A stretch of 64,000 nt of DNA from assembly GCA_002245135.1 (NCBI GenBank), contig NGBS01000004.1, forward strand, positions 124,001 to 188,000, given 5' to 3'. Positions 1-12,400 of this stretch are shown in pieces. The stretch comes from Proteromonas lacertae. Lineage: Eukaryota. Positions within the stretch are counted from its first letter, which is position 1; every line of letters starts with the position of its first letter. The notes below the pieces were generated by a model, which made no database searches, was not told the DNA's origin, and worked only from the letters and a program-made list of their open reading frames with translations. Made by a program: the position numbers and the translations under genes.

Positions 1-854
1 GATTATGGAAGTGTTTCTGTTAGTTTTATTGGAGATTACAAGAATTCTCACTACAATGTAGTTGCAGTACCAGATTTTGGATTATCAGCATCGTATTTGT
101 TCTATTAATATGTGTTAGAATGTGTTTTAATGAATTTATTGATTATTGTGATTTAAAAAATGAATTTCAAAATCATTCATTCATTTACATCAATTTTTGT
201 GAATTAGCTAGTCCAAAATATAAAACAGAATTAACTATTGAAGATATGGCTGATGCTTTATCACAAGTCGTTAATCAGTTAGATATCGGTAATTTCATAG
301 GAATGGGTGTAGGATTAGGTTCAGAGGTATTACTAGAGTATTCACTAAACCATAGAGATCAATTAATATGTTTAATATTGTCAAATGTACATCGAAATGT
401 TTGTTCTATATTTGAATGCTGGAATTATATGTTGATGAAGTTATATTTTAAGTTGGGAAATATGAGTTCATTCTACGATAGTTTACTATATTATCATTAC
501 ACTAAACAGTTTTTATCATTCAATTCTAATTTACAAATCAAATATTTGAATGAATTATGTAGTAATAATGTTGATTCAATATATGCACAATTAAATGCTT
601 ATTATAATAGAAAATATATAGATCCAAAGAAATATCAGTTCAAAGAACCACTCCCCATGTTGTTATTAAACGGTACTCACAATACATATAGTCAAACTCA
701 TGATACTTTGACATTTGTACAACCATTAGATAAGAGATTCACTTCAGTTATACAAATTAGTCAGTCGACCCATAATGTGTTTCAAGAAAATCCAATAGAT
801 TGTTATAAACCACTAACATATTTTTATCAAGGATTGAATATACCAACAAAATAA
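1..854 (+). CDS. NDRG/NDL-family alpha/beta-hydrolase-fold protein (5' end outside window)
   Basis: Removing a 26-nt GT-AG intron (93-118) gives DYGSVSVSFIGD...VPDFGLSASMCFNEF, followed by IGMGVGLGSEVLLEYSL. Both resemble conserved NDRG blocks. Stop TAA at 852-854. Confidence 0.8.
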
Positions 855-953
855 AAAGAATAATGATAAATGTTTTGTTGTTTTTTAGATATATATTGAT
901 TATTATTATTATTATTACTTAAACCAGGTCATATAAATGATTTAGTTTACTTA

Positions 954-1798
954 TTATAAAGGAACATCAGCGACTATTTTCTTTAATTCTCTCAAAGTCT
1001 CCCATGCCTTTGGTCTTTTATGAGGATCTATTGATAATAATCTGTTAATTAAATTCTGCATGTCAGTACCATATATTTCAGGAATTGGCTCAATTAAATT
1101 TCTGTTAATTTTGTCTATCAACTCTCCCATATCATTAGCCATAAAAGGTTTTTTCAAAGTACACAATTCATATAGAATACATCCAAAAGACCAAAGATCA
1201 ACTTCAAATGAGTATATTTCTTGATTTAACATCTCAGGGGCTTGATATAATGGAGAACCAACTATAGATGCAGCTACATTTGATGTTTTCAATAATTTTG
1301 ATAAACCAAAATCACCAATTACACATTCATTACATTCAGTCAAAAATATATTGTCGGGCTTCAAATCCCTATGCATAACCTTCTTGTCATGAAGATATAC
1401 TAGCCCAGAACATATTTGTTTTGCAAATCTTCTTACGTCCTATTGAATTATACTTGATTTTATACTTTCTTTGTGATAAGTCGGTTGTTTTTGGCAAAAT
1501 GTTTGATCAATTTACCTAAATCACCATTTGGACAAAATTCAGTTATTATTTGAAGGATGGATTCGTCTATGAAGTGAGTATAGTAATGAAGCACCTGACG
1601 ATCGTGTAAATTCTCTAGTATTTCCAACTACAAAGTAAATCAATAATATACTTCACGAACTATTATTTCTGTTTCTTCTGAACCTAACACAATATGCTTT
1701 AAGACATATTCTCTTTCTAACCTTGTAACAAGGAATACTCTACCAAACTGGCCACCTTTCATCTCTCTAATTAGATTATACTCACCAACATCACTCAT
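954..1798 (-). CDS. NEK (NIMA-related) Ser/Thr kinase, catalytic domain only
   Basis: GGQFGRV, HRDLKPDNIFL, DFG, VGSPLYQAPE and DLWSFGCILYELCTLKKPF motifs. Introns at 1628-1651 (24 nt) and 1440-1465 (26 nt). Confidence 0.88.
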
Positions 1799-2078
1799 TC
1801 TAATATTATTGTTGAATTCTAGTAGTTATATAGACTTTTAATACATTTTTAGCCTCTATTTTTTTCTTTTCTCTTTTGCATAAGATATAGATTTTTTGAG
1901 ACTCATCAAACTCATACATGAATAAGTTACAAAATAGTTAGCTGTTCTAACTAGTATGTTAGGAAATTATTATTGTATAACAATATATCTAAAGATATTA
2001 TTATGTTATTTTCACGTTAATCTTGTTATAATACAACATATATTTACATAATATTTTTCATTTTGCATAATATAAATA

Positions 2079-3665
2079 CTAGAAAATTATCTTAGTTCTC
2101 ATATGTTTATTCTTCAATATCTTCTTCATCATTTCTATATTTTCTACTGGTATATTGTTTTCACGGATAGTTAATACTTTTAACTTTGGCACTTCATTTT
2201 CTTCAATTACAGATTTAAAACTATCAAATCCATCTGTTTTTATTAGATTTCTGTCAAAATAGATCATTTCCAAATCCATTAGCTTTTTTTCGCTGATTGT
2301 TTTTATGAATTCCAACAATCCTATATCACCAATGCTGTTATCTATTATATTATATTATAGTCATATAATACTAGAAAAATCCACCACTTTTAAACATGAA
2401 TTCTTTTCACAGTTTCTTATTGCTTTCATTAATATAATTATTCCTTTATCTTCAATAACATTATTATTGACATAAAACTCTTCAATATTTTCAAACATTT
2501 CATTCAGCTCTTTATTTTCACACAATGTATATACACCTTCAGCAGTAAGAGATATATCTAATGAATGAATAAATAAACAGTAATACTTGATAAATCAAGA
2601 TACTTCAAACAAAATAAACTAATTCTATGATTAATACTTTTATGAAATGAGTGAACTAAATATTTTATTCCTTTATCTCCAATACGATTATCACTTAAAT
2701 CCAATCCACTTATTGTATTTATATTCATAAGATATTTTGATATTTTCTTCATTCTATTTTCATTGAGATTATTCGATGATAAATCCAAGTATTTCATATT
2801 ACCTAATTCACTTTTTGATATTATTGATTTACATAACTGTTTTATCCCTGTATCTTCTAACATATTTCCACCAATAATAAGATATTTAAAATCAGGAAAA
2901 CTGTCTATATTCTTTTTTAATGAATTACACAGCAGTTTAATACCTTTTGATGTTATTTTATTGACTATTTATATTTAGAACAATAATATTATATATATAT
3001 ATATACATGATAAATTAAGTGTTTTCAATTGGCTTTTATTCCATGTTATTAAAGCATTACTATAGAATTCAATCCCTTTATCAGATATTACATTGTAAGA
3101 AAAATTAACAACATAATTTGGACTATCTGGTAGTCTTTTCAATTGGTTAATTATTAATATAAAATCATCATCATGAATAGAATTATGAGATAAATTCAGA
3201 GTTGAGATATTTCCATATAATCCAGCTATTCCTATTTCTTGAAGCAAAACTGAGTATTTTAGTTTGGTTAAATGCACTATTGAAATATTATATATATTAA
3301 TTTATTTTATTAAAACTTGTTAATGTTGTTAAATTTCTATACTTCTTCAAAACACGAAGTATTGAAGGTAAATTAAACAGTTCAAAATCTCCTACTAGTT
3401 GCAATGATTCATCATAAGGACTTTTATTCCTAAAAAACTGATCAACTTTACTATCTCCTGTTGTAGGAAGATTATCTACTGAATATGGCGAACCAAAGTA
3501 TTTTATTCTAGGTGTAAAATCTATACTACTTGTTGTTGTTGTTGATGATGAAGAGGAAGAAGATCTAGAAGTTGGTGTATTTAGTGAAATCGGTGTTACT
3601 GAATACGAGGATGGAGACATTCTGCTGAATTCAGTGCTTGATTTTGAACGTGGTATCTTTTTCAT
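2079..3665 (-). CDS. Leucine-rich-repeat protein (RNI-like) with Ser/Thr-rich N-terminus
   Basis: Repeated LxLSxNxIxDxG motifs across ORFs 2975-3277, 2558-2863 and 2079-2318, joined by about four short GT-AG introns. Confidence 0.8.
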
Positions 3666-3742
3666 ATTTTCAATAAAAATATCTCTCTCTGTAACTCGTG
3701 TTTTAAAATTTCGTGTAAGATAAAACGGATTAATTTACATTA

Positions 3743-5324
3743 ATGAATAGAAGAGGTGGATTTCAAAGAGGGCGACAAGGTAAAAGAGTTCAAAGGAAAA
3801 TTCAGAACAGTAGCAACAATGAGCCACAGAAAAGAAAAGCTAGACAGACTTTCGCTTCAAATGAGAGTGATAGAGTATAAATATTCAATTTATTCTCTTA
3901 AAGAATAACAAAAAAATATGCAAGTTTTTTTTAGCAGGTAAATGTGATAATCCAAACTGTGCATTCCTACATCAAAGAACACTCACTCAGAAGGGAAGTA
4001 CACAGCAATTTCCTAAAGTATTTACTTTTTAATAATTTATAAAGGTCTTAAAGAAGTCACAAGAACAGAAGACAGTTCATACTGCAGTTACACAAAATTC
4101 AGCCTTAAAATCTTCAAATACACCATCTTCTACATTAAGCCCAATTATAAAACCATCAGAAGCTAATTCTGCTAAAATACTAAACAAAACAGAAGAAATT
4201 CAATTGGAGGAAGAAAATAATCTATCTAATGAAGAGGATATAGATTCCACTGACGAATTGAATGATATATTAAACGATGAAGAGAATACTACAAAGAATA
4301 AAAAAGAAATGATCAAAACATCACCAATTAAAATAAAAGCAACAACAACTCCAAAAACTGATGAAAAAACAGATTCAAAAGAAATAGAAGTAATAGAAGA
4401 AGAAAAAGTTGAAGAAAAAACAAAAAAACCAGAAAAACAACAAGATAAACCTATTATTTCAACAATAACTACAGTAGAGAAAAATACAAATAAAAATGTA
4501 ACAACCACACCTGTGAATAGCACCAAAACAACCACACCCAAACCAAAAATTAATACAATAGTAAAATCACCTATAAAATCAATCAGATCCACTCCAAAAC
4601 CAACCAAAACACCTAAAACTCAAAATTTATTATCATCACCAATAAAACCACTTGTTAAAACATCTGAAAATATCATTTTTTACATTATATGAATTTATAT
4701 ATTATTATTATTATTTCTTTAATTATTATTTTTACTAGCAATTCAAACTGATAGTATCAATGATTCATGGGGTTCTACATTTGGATTATCATTTAGTTAT
4801 GCTGATCCATTAATGACTCTTAATAACAATTCACATATGGTATGGTCATTATCAAATGGAGCTCCAATATTTGGTAGATCACCTGTATTTCATCATCATC
4901 ATCAAAATCATGAAGATAATAACAATAACAATATAAATGATAACAATGATAATGGTAATAGTATTAAACCAACCCAACCAAATGTATATAAGGATATATT
5001 ACCCAGAAGTTCTATTATTATATCTTTTTTAAAAATTACATATACTTATTTGTTCAAAGTTTTCTTAATTTAATTGTTTAATCTCAATGGAAAATATATG
5101 ATTATAACAATTTAGAGGAGATTGAAGTAGAATCAAATAAATCTGATAATAATTCAAAATTAAAAATATCAAAAGTGAAATTAGATGAATGTGTACAGAC
5201 ATGTGATGAGAATAGTTGTGAGTGTATTCTTCATCAATATGAATCACTGCTGTTGAGAGAAAAACAATATAATAAAATAATGAATAAGTATTTATTAGAT
5301 GAACTAAAGGAAGGAATGCAATAA
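3743..5324 (+). CDS. CCCH zinc-finger protein with Arg/Gly-rich N-terminus and Thr/Pro/Lys-rich linker; two predicted U12-type introns
   Basis: MNRRGGFQRGRQGK start and CKFFLAGKCDNPNCAFLH (C-x7-C-x4-C-x3-H). Two GT-AG introns plus AT-initiated introns 4670-4735 and 5020-5081 join the frames to TAA at 5322-5324. Confidence 0.7.
4670..4735 (+). other. Predicted U12-type AT-AC intron (66 nt; an AT-AG end at 4738 is also in frame)
   Basis: 5' end ATATCATTTT, branch-like TTTCTTTAAT at 4714-4723, ends AC about 13 nt later. Restores the frame, whereas the nearest GT (4654) with AG 4738 does not. Confidence 0.65.
5020..5081 (+). other. Predicted U12-type intron with non-canonical AT-AA termini (62 nt)
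   Basis: 5' end ATATCTTTTT, branch-like TTTTCTTAAT at 5060-5069. The downstream open frame begins at 5082 (SQWKIYDY...) directly after AA. Confidence 0.6.
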
Positions 5325-5442
5325 CACCATTTTTGTTTATGTATTATTTTTGTTTTTTAAAATACTATTGAATGACATTTTTTTGTCAAGTCAAGCGTAT
5401 GAAAATCTATTTTGACATTTTTCAAATTTCAAATTTCTTTTT

Positions 5443-7947
5443 ATGAATAGCATCGATATTGGAGATCCAGCAGATCCTATTCCACCTCCAAGCACAGCAA
5501 AATTGAATAAAAGAAGATCTTTTATCAGAAACTTCCTTCCAGATGATTCTTCTGATTCATTTTCTTTTCAAGAGTATATTTAAATATTTATATTTACTAG
5601 TCCTTATACAAATAATGATAGTGAAGTATATTGAGTTGTTTTTATTGCTTATGTAGGATATGAGTATAATAAAAAACCCTTTCAATGAATCTACATCCAA
5701 AAACAATTTTCCTCCTCTTGATCCAATGTTTGAAACATCTGATGAAGAGTCATTAATTGAGAATGAAGAAGATGAAGATGATTTTAATGGAAATAAGAGT
5801 GTTGAATATAGATCAGCAATGAATAATCACAAATTAGATGTATCAATACATTATTCTACTAACAATTAGTCTCCAAACCATTTGAAAAGACAATTTGAGA
5901 ATGTTTTTGACACTCCTTTAAAACTAGATGATAATTATCTATCAGTATATTATTTTTAGTTTATATAAATAATAGAAAGTACCAATAAAAGGCTTAGAAA
6001 CTCCATTACCAAATGCAAAACCTCCATTATATAAAAGACCATTGTTTATATCACCATCATCTAGTGACAAAGTATTAACTCAAATACCAAACCAAGTTGA
6101 ACATATACCATCACGTATATATATATATATAATATTTATATTTTTATATAGCATTGGCAAAATTATCATCATTATTAAGTCCAATTGGTAAGAATAATTC
6201 TGATAATTCAAGGAACAATAACAGCAGTAATAGTAATAATAGTGGATTATCATCAACTATGATTAGCACTCCAGAACAAGGATTAGATATGATTTCACCA
6301 CCAGAAGTAGCAAGGTATATTATATATATATATATGTATAATAAATAGAAACGATAACTTAAAATCACCTTCATTTAGTTCACCAATTTCAAGGCAAAAT
6401 ATGGATAGTAATATGGAAATATCTAACGAATTATCAGCTACAAAAACACCTAAACAACCTCAACAACAACAACAACAAAATGATGAAGAATTGATAATAG
6501 AAGAAGAAATGTCTCCAATATATAAAGTAAATACAACTCCCACACCAAATACCAGCAATAATAGTAATAATAATGAAAAAAGTAATAATAATGAATTTAC
6601 TACACCAAATAATAATAATAATAATAATAATATTCCATTAGGATTAAATACAGAGTTAAACGATATATCTCCAATTACACATGATCAAATAAGTGTATTA
6701 AAAAGTCAAAATATATTACAAAACTCCACCAATTTAGCTAAAACTGCAATACTTTCATCAATCAGTAATAATAATAATATGTCAGTTATACAGAATAGAA
6801 AAAAGCCATTATCCTTCAACGAAAGATTAGAAAGTGTATTGAATGAAGAAAAGAATAAATCTTCCAATAGCATTAGTAATAATAATAATATATCTGATAT
6901 AAAAATTCAACAACAAGAACAAGAACAAGAACAACAAGGACAACAGCAAGAACAAATAAAACAAGAACAACAGCAAGAACAAATAAAACAACGACAACTA
7001 CAGAAAATATATGAATTACAACAACAACAACAAATACTTGTAAATAATTATAATAATCTAATAACTCCACCATCACATTCATCTTATCATTATCAACAAC
7101 AACATCAACAGTATAAATCAATATCAGATCAATCAACTCAAACTGATGATAATATATACACATTCTCCTCCTCATCATCATCATCACTTCATAATAATAA
7201 TGTAAGACATTCACATTCACTTACACCTTCTGATTATTCAAGACATTGTAGTTGTCATAAACATCATCACCATCACCATAATAATCGTCATTATAATAGT
7301 CGAAGTAATAGTAATTACAATAGTGATGATGATAATGATTCAAATATTGATAATGATGATGATTATAGTAATACTCATTCTAGATCAAATCATAGAAATA
7401 ATGAGAATATTTATAATAATAACAACAATATAGAAGAAAGTAATTCAATATCATATGTTAATGAAAATCTAAATACATTTTCAACAACACAATTTCCATA
7501 TCATATTTCAAATTCTCCATTGTATTATAGTAAAATCAATACTATTCCTCCTCTTCAACAACAACAACAACAATCACTCCCTACACCATTATCTCAACAA
7601 ATACCTATGCAAACTCAACCTACTGTTATATTACCATTACCTCCTCAACAGCAGCAACAGCAATATAGTAGTCCAATTGTATTCTCTCCAGGATTTGCAA
7701 CGAATACTTTACCTACTTCCTACTACTTTCAAGCTTCACCAATTCAATTTAAAAATTCTAGTTATAGGTATATTAATATAAAACACAACAATAATTTATA
7801 TGGATCAAATGATATATTATCACCAAATTATTGGGAAAGGTATATCTCTTTTATTATTTAATTATTCATAGAAAACTAGAAAATTCATACGAAAGAACAA
7901 AGAAGATTTATCTAAAACACAATTCATTGAACAATTCATTCCATTAA
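5443..7947 (+). CDS. Large low-complexity (Asn/Gln/His/Ser-rich) hypothetical protein with many S/T-P sites
   Basis: About seven short GT-AG introns link ORFs 5660, 6154 and 6401-7861. The last exon reads YWERKLENSYERTKKIYL to TAA at 7945-7947. No domain recognised. Confidence 0.6.
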
Positions 7948-8237
7948 TAAACAATAGAGTGTTTTAATGTAATATAAATTATTTTCATTAAAAAAGTAAT
8001 AATTTGAACTGATTTGCTTTATTACAGTAATTTTCATAACTCTATAAATAAAAATATCACACACAACTATCAAAAAAAGACTTTCAAAAATGTGGTCACC
8101 CAAAAATAAAATCAGGTTAATGAAAATCGAATGAATATAATTGGTCTAATTAATAATTTTGGGATGAATTAGATATAAATTCTTTCTTCTATTGTCCCAA
8201 TTTTTTTCATTAACCCTTTAGTTTTGGCGCTCTGTTT

Positions 8238-9375
8238 ATGTTAGGAAGAGAAAGAAAAATACGTCGTCACAAAAAAGCTCCTGAAGCTCCAAAGAAAGCT
8301 ATGACAGCTTACATTCTTTTTAGTAAGCATGTGAGAGACCAGATGAAACAAGACCCTGCTGAAGCTAATAAAGTATATATACTTTTTATCTATAACCTTT
8401 TAAATAGCAAGCAACAGAAGTAGTGAAAATTGTCGCTCAAAGGTGGGCTCTTTTAAGCGAGGAAGAAAAAAGACCGTTTATGGAAGCTGCTGAACGTGAT
8501 AAGGAGAGGTATACCTTTTAATTTTTACTTCTTAAAGATATAATCGAGAAATGGCAACTTATGATGGTCCTAGACATGTTCCGATAAAGTCTAGAGGTAA
8601 ACACAGAAAAATAGTAAAGCCTACAGTATTTTATATACATTTTTATTGTTTATAGGATGCTCCAAAGAGAATGACTTGTGCTTTTTTGTTTTTTAGTAGA
8701 GACAAAAGAGGTGAAGTAAAAGAACTCAATCCAGAAATGAAAAATACAGATGTATCAGCAGAATTAGGCAGAATGTGGGCAAATCTAACAGATGAAGAAA
8801 AACAACCTTATATAGAAAGAAGTTTAAAAGACAGACAGCGTTACATGTGTGAGAAGACTAATTATGAGAAATTACACACGCCAATCCCCAATAATAACAA
8901 TATAATGAATAATAATAACAACAATCCATCAAACCAATCAAATAATCCATCATCCTCTTCTCCTTCTAACTCTTCTAATATTGTGGTTGATGATACTGAC
9001 CATACATCATTTAGTCCAGCTATAAATGATCAAGGAATGATTCCTATTAATATATCGATGAATATGAATATCAATAATATGAATAACATGTCTTCTATTG
9101 GTAGTCCGATGAATAATCAGATTAATCAAGTTAGTATATATTTATTTATTATTTTATATATAGCACAATCAATGAATGGAATGAATTCTCAATATAACAG
9201 TTCAATGAATAATTCTAATACTGCTATTAGTTATTTGAATTCTTCAATTCCTAGTCAGATGAATATTGGAGGACCTAATTCAATGAGTTCTTTGTCAAAT
9301 ATGAATTCTATGAATTTAATGAATAATGGTATGAATAATGGACAAAATAACAATAATATCGGATATATGTTTTAA
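8238..9375 (+). CDS. Tandem HMG-box protein with Asn/Met/Ser-rich tail
   Basis: APKKAMTAYILFS...RWALLSEEEKRPF and DAPKRMTCAFLFFS...LGRMWANLTDEEKQPY. Four short introns. Confidence 0.9.
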
Positions 9376-9499
9376 TAATTTATTTATGTTTTACTTTTTG
9401 ATTGTTATCTTGTTTTTATTTGTAAATACACATAATACAGTCTATGTAATACAGAATAGCTGTACTAAATACGTTTGATCATTTCATTTAATTTTTGAG

Positions 9500-12400
9500 A
9501 TGTATAGAGCTTCTATTTTGTTGTTATTCTGCTCAATGCTCATGTATGCTATGAGTGTATGTCCTAATAACTGCAGTGGGCATGGAAGATGTGGTAGTAA
9601 TGGTAAATGCATTTGCTACAAGCAAGCAGTCGAAGATTCAACAAGTGTAGATGCACTTCCATTGGAATATGGTGGAAATGATTGTTCAGTTTGTATTTTA
9701 TTGTTATTATATGTTTATAGTAATGTGTCCATTGGGAATACCATTTGGGATTCAACGTGAAGCAAAAGAGTATGTGTATTTAACTAAAGGGAAAAGTGGT
9801 GGATCAAAGGAAAGGATTCTAAATAGTGAAATTAATCATAAAACTGTTAAGATAGAAGAAAAGAATGATGTAAAGCAAAATGATACTGTTGGTGTAATAG
9901 GTGAGGAGCATATAGCTGAAGCCTATTTATCAAATTTTAATTCAATTATCAATAAGAATACTGATCCTCATAATACAACATGTGTCAATTGTAATAATTC
10001 TCAAAAACAAGCTGAATTAAAACAAGTTATCAATAGAAACAATTCCAATTATATAGAAAATAAAAGAAATCTTAATGAGATGAATCAAGACAATTTTTCA
10101 TTGAATAGAGTGAGAAAATTAGATATGACTCAGATAACAGTTGATGGTAAGATTGGATATAAGTTTACTAATAGTGATACTAGCATATTTGATCAATTGA
10201 AATGTAATACTGATGTTATTAGTTGTGAAAAACAATGTAGTATTGATAGTGAGACAGATAAAAGAAAAGTTACTATTTTAGGATATGATGATAGTGTTAC
10301 ATTTATTACTATTGATCCTGACTTAAGCAGTGGTTCAGCAATTACTACTATTACATGTGATTCTAGTTACACAAATGAAAAGAAAGATTTTACAAATTAT
10401 AAAGATTTAATAGTAAATGATTTATCAAGTAAGAAGATTATTTTAAAAGGATTTGGTGAAATATTTGAATCAATAACAAGTAAATCAAGTAATGATGATA
10501 TAAAGATAGAATGTCATCATCCTACAAAGAATGTAGAGAATTTGTTATATGAATATCCAGGAAAGATCGAATCTGTTGCAGATAGTGTAAGTAATCAAAA
10601 AGATTTAGTAATCACATTTACAAGTGATATTACAAGTCATTTATCAGTGGATGATTTATGTTATTTGATGTTAGATAAATCTGGTGAAGTAATCAATTTA
10701 GGTGTTCCTGTTGTATCTGATAGTTGTGGTAGTTCTGAATTATGTGTAACAACAAGTATTTGTGATAAATGTGAAAATTTCAAATATATAATAGATCGAA
10801 AACAATGGTTTTATGAAACAGCGACAATGTTATGTGAAGTTGATGATAGTGAAGCTGATGCAAGTGATACTACAAAGAAGATTTATAAGATCTCACTTGA
10901 AGCCTCATTAAGTCGATTAATAATAAATCATTATATCTCCACAAGTAAAAGTGGAGTATCAAAAGGTGAATTAGAAATACCAAAAGGATGTAGTGATGGT
11001 AATAAAGATACAGGATTATTTGGAATATTGCGAAAGAGTGGTTCAATAAAAATCGAAATATTTGGTTATGGTAGTGATGATTTTAATGATAAAGATGAAC
11101 ATATGATATGGTCTGTAATAGAAAAAGATGGAAGAAAATATGTGACATTACGAGAAGAGTACAATTTCAATCCAATAAAATATCGAATGTTAGAAATAGC
11201 AAATGATGCAAATAAATTGAAAATGCGAATAATCATTAGTCCAGCTCCATTAATCTCCACAATTTCCAGTGATAATGGTTTAGTGATATACAAAGTTCCT
11301 CATGATTATAAGTTCGAATTGAATAATGTGATAGGTGGAACGATAGAATTTTCAAGTAAAGGTAATGATGATACTAAAGATAACATAGTGAATGAGAAAA
11401 GTAGTAATTTCTGGGGATATGATAGTGGTAAGAGAATTAGTTATATGAGTTATGATGATAAAAGTGTGAGTGATATATGTGTTGATGCATATGAAAATGT
11501 TGATGGTTTAATAAAAGTTAAAGAAGCATGTGATGGTTTATATCCATTAGATTTTGATTATAAAATGAATGAAAATGATAAACCTGATATATCAGAAATA
11601 AAGAAAGATTTTACAAATTATAAAGATTTAATAGTAAATGATTTATCAAGTAAGAAGATTATTTTAAAAGGATTTGGTGAAATATTTGAATCAATAACAA
11701 GTAAATCAAGTAAAGATAATATAAAGATAGAATGTCATCATCCTACAAAGAATGTAGAGAATTTGTTATATGAATATCCAGGAAAGATCGAATCTGTTGC
11801 AGATAGTGTAAGTAATCAAAAAGATTTAGTAATCACATTTACAAGTGATATTACAAGTCATTTATCAGTGGATGATTTATGTTATTTGATGTTAGATAAA
11901 TCTGGTGAAGTAATCAATTTAGGTGTTCCTGTTGTATCTGATAGTTGTGGTAGTTCTGAATTATGTGTAACAACAAGTATTTGTGATAAATGTGAAAATT
12001 TCAAATATATAATAGATCGAAAACAATGGTTTTATGAAACAGCGACAATGTTATGTGAAGTTGATGATAGTGAAGCTGATGCAAGTGATACTACAAAGAA
12101 GATTTATAAGATCTCACTTGAAGCCTCATTAAGTCGATTAATAATAAATCATTATATCTCCACAAGTAAAAGTGGAGTATCAAAAGGTGAATTAGAAATA
12201 CCAAAAGGATGTAGTGATGGTAATAAAGATACAGGATTATTTGGAATATTGCGAAAGAGTGGTTCAATAAAAATCGAAATATTTGGTTATGGTAGTGATG
12301 ATTTTAATGATAAAGATGAACATATGATATGGTCTGTAATAGAAAAAGATGGAAGAAAATATGTGACATTACGAGAAGAGTACAATTTCAATCCAATAAA

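Noticed and set aside
6450..7660. AAT, CAA and CAT microsatellites (also GCA at ~26818 and TA tracts in introns)
   Set aside because: These are ordinary slippage repeats encoding poly-N/Q/H/A in an AT-rich genome.
5443..7947. KNL1/Spc105-like kinetochore scaffold
   Set aside because: It has only vague MELT-like words and RRSF instead of SILK/RVSF, and no C-terminal RWD region.
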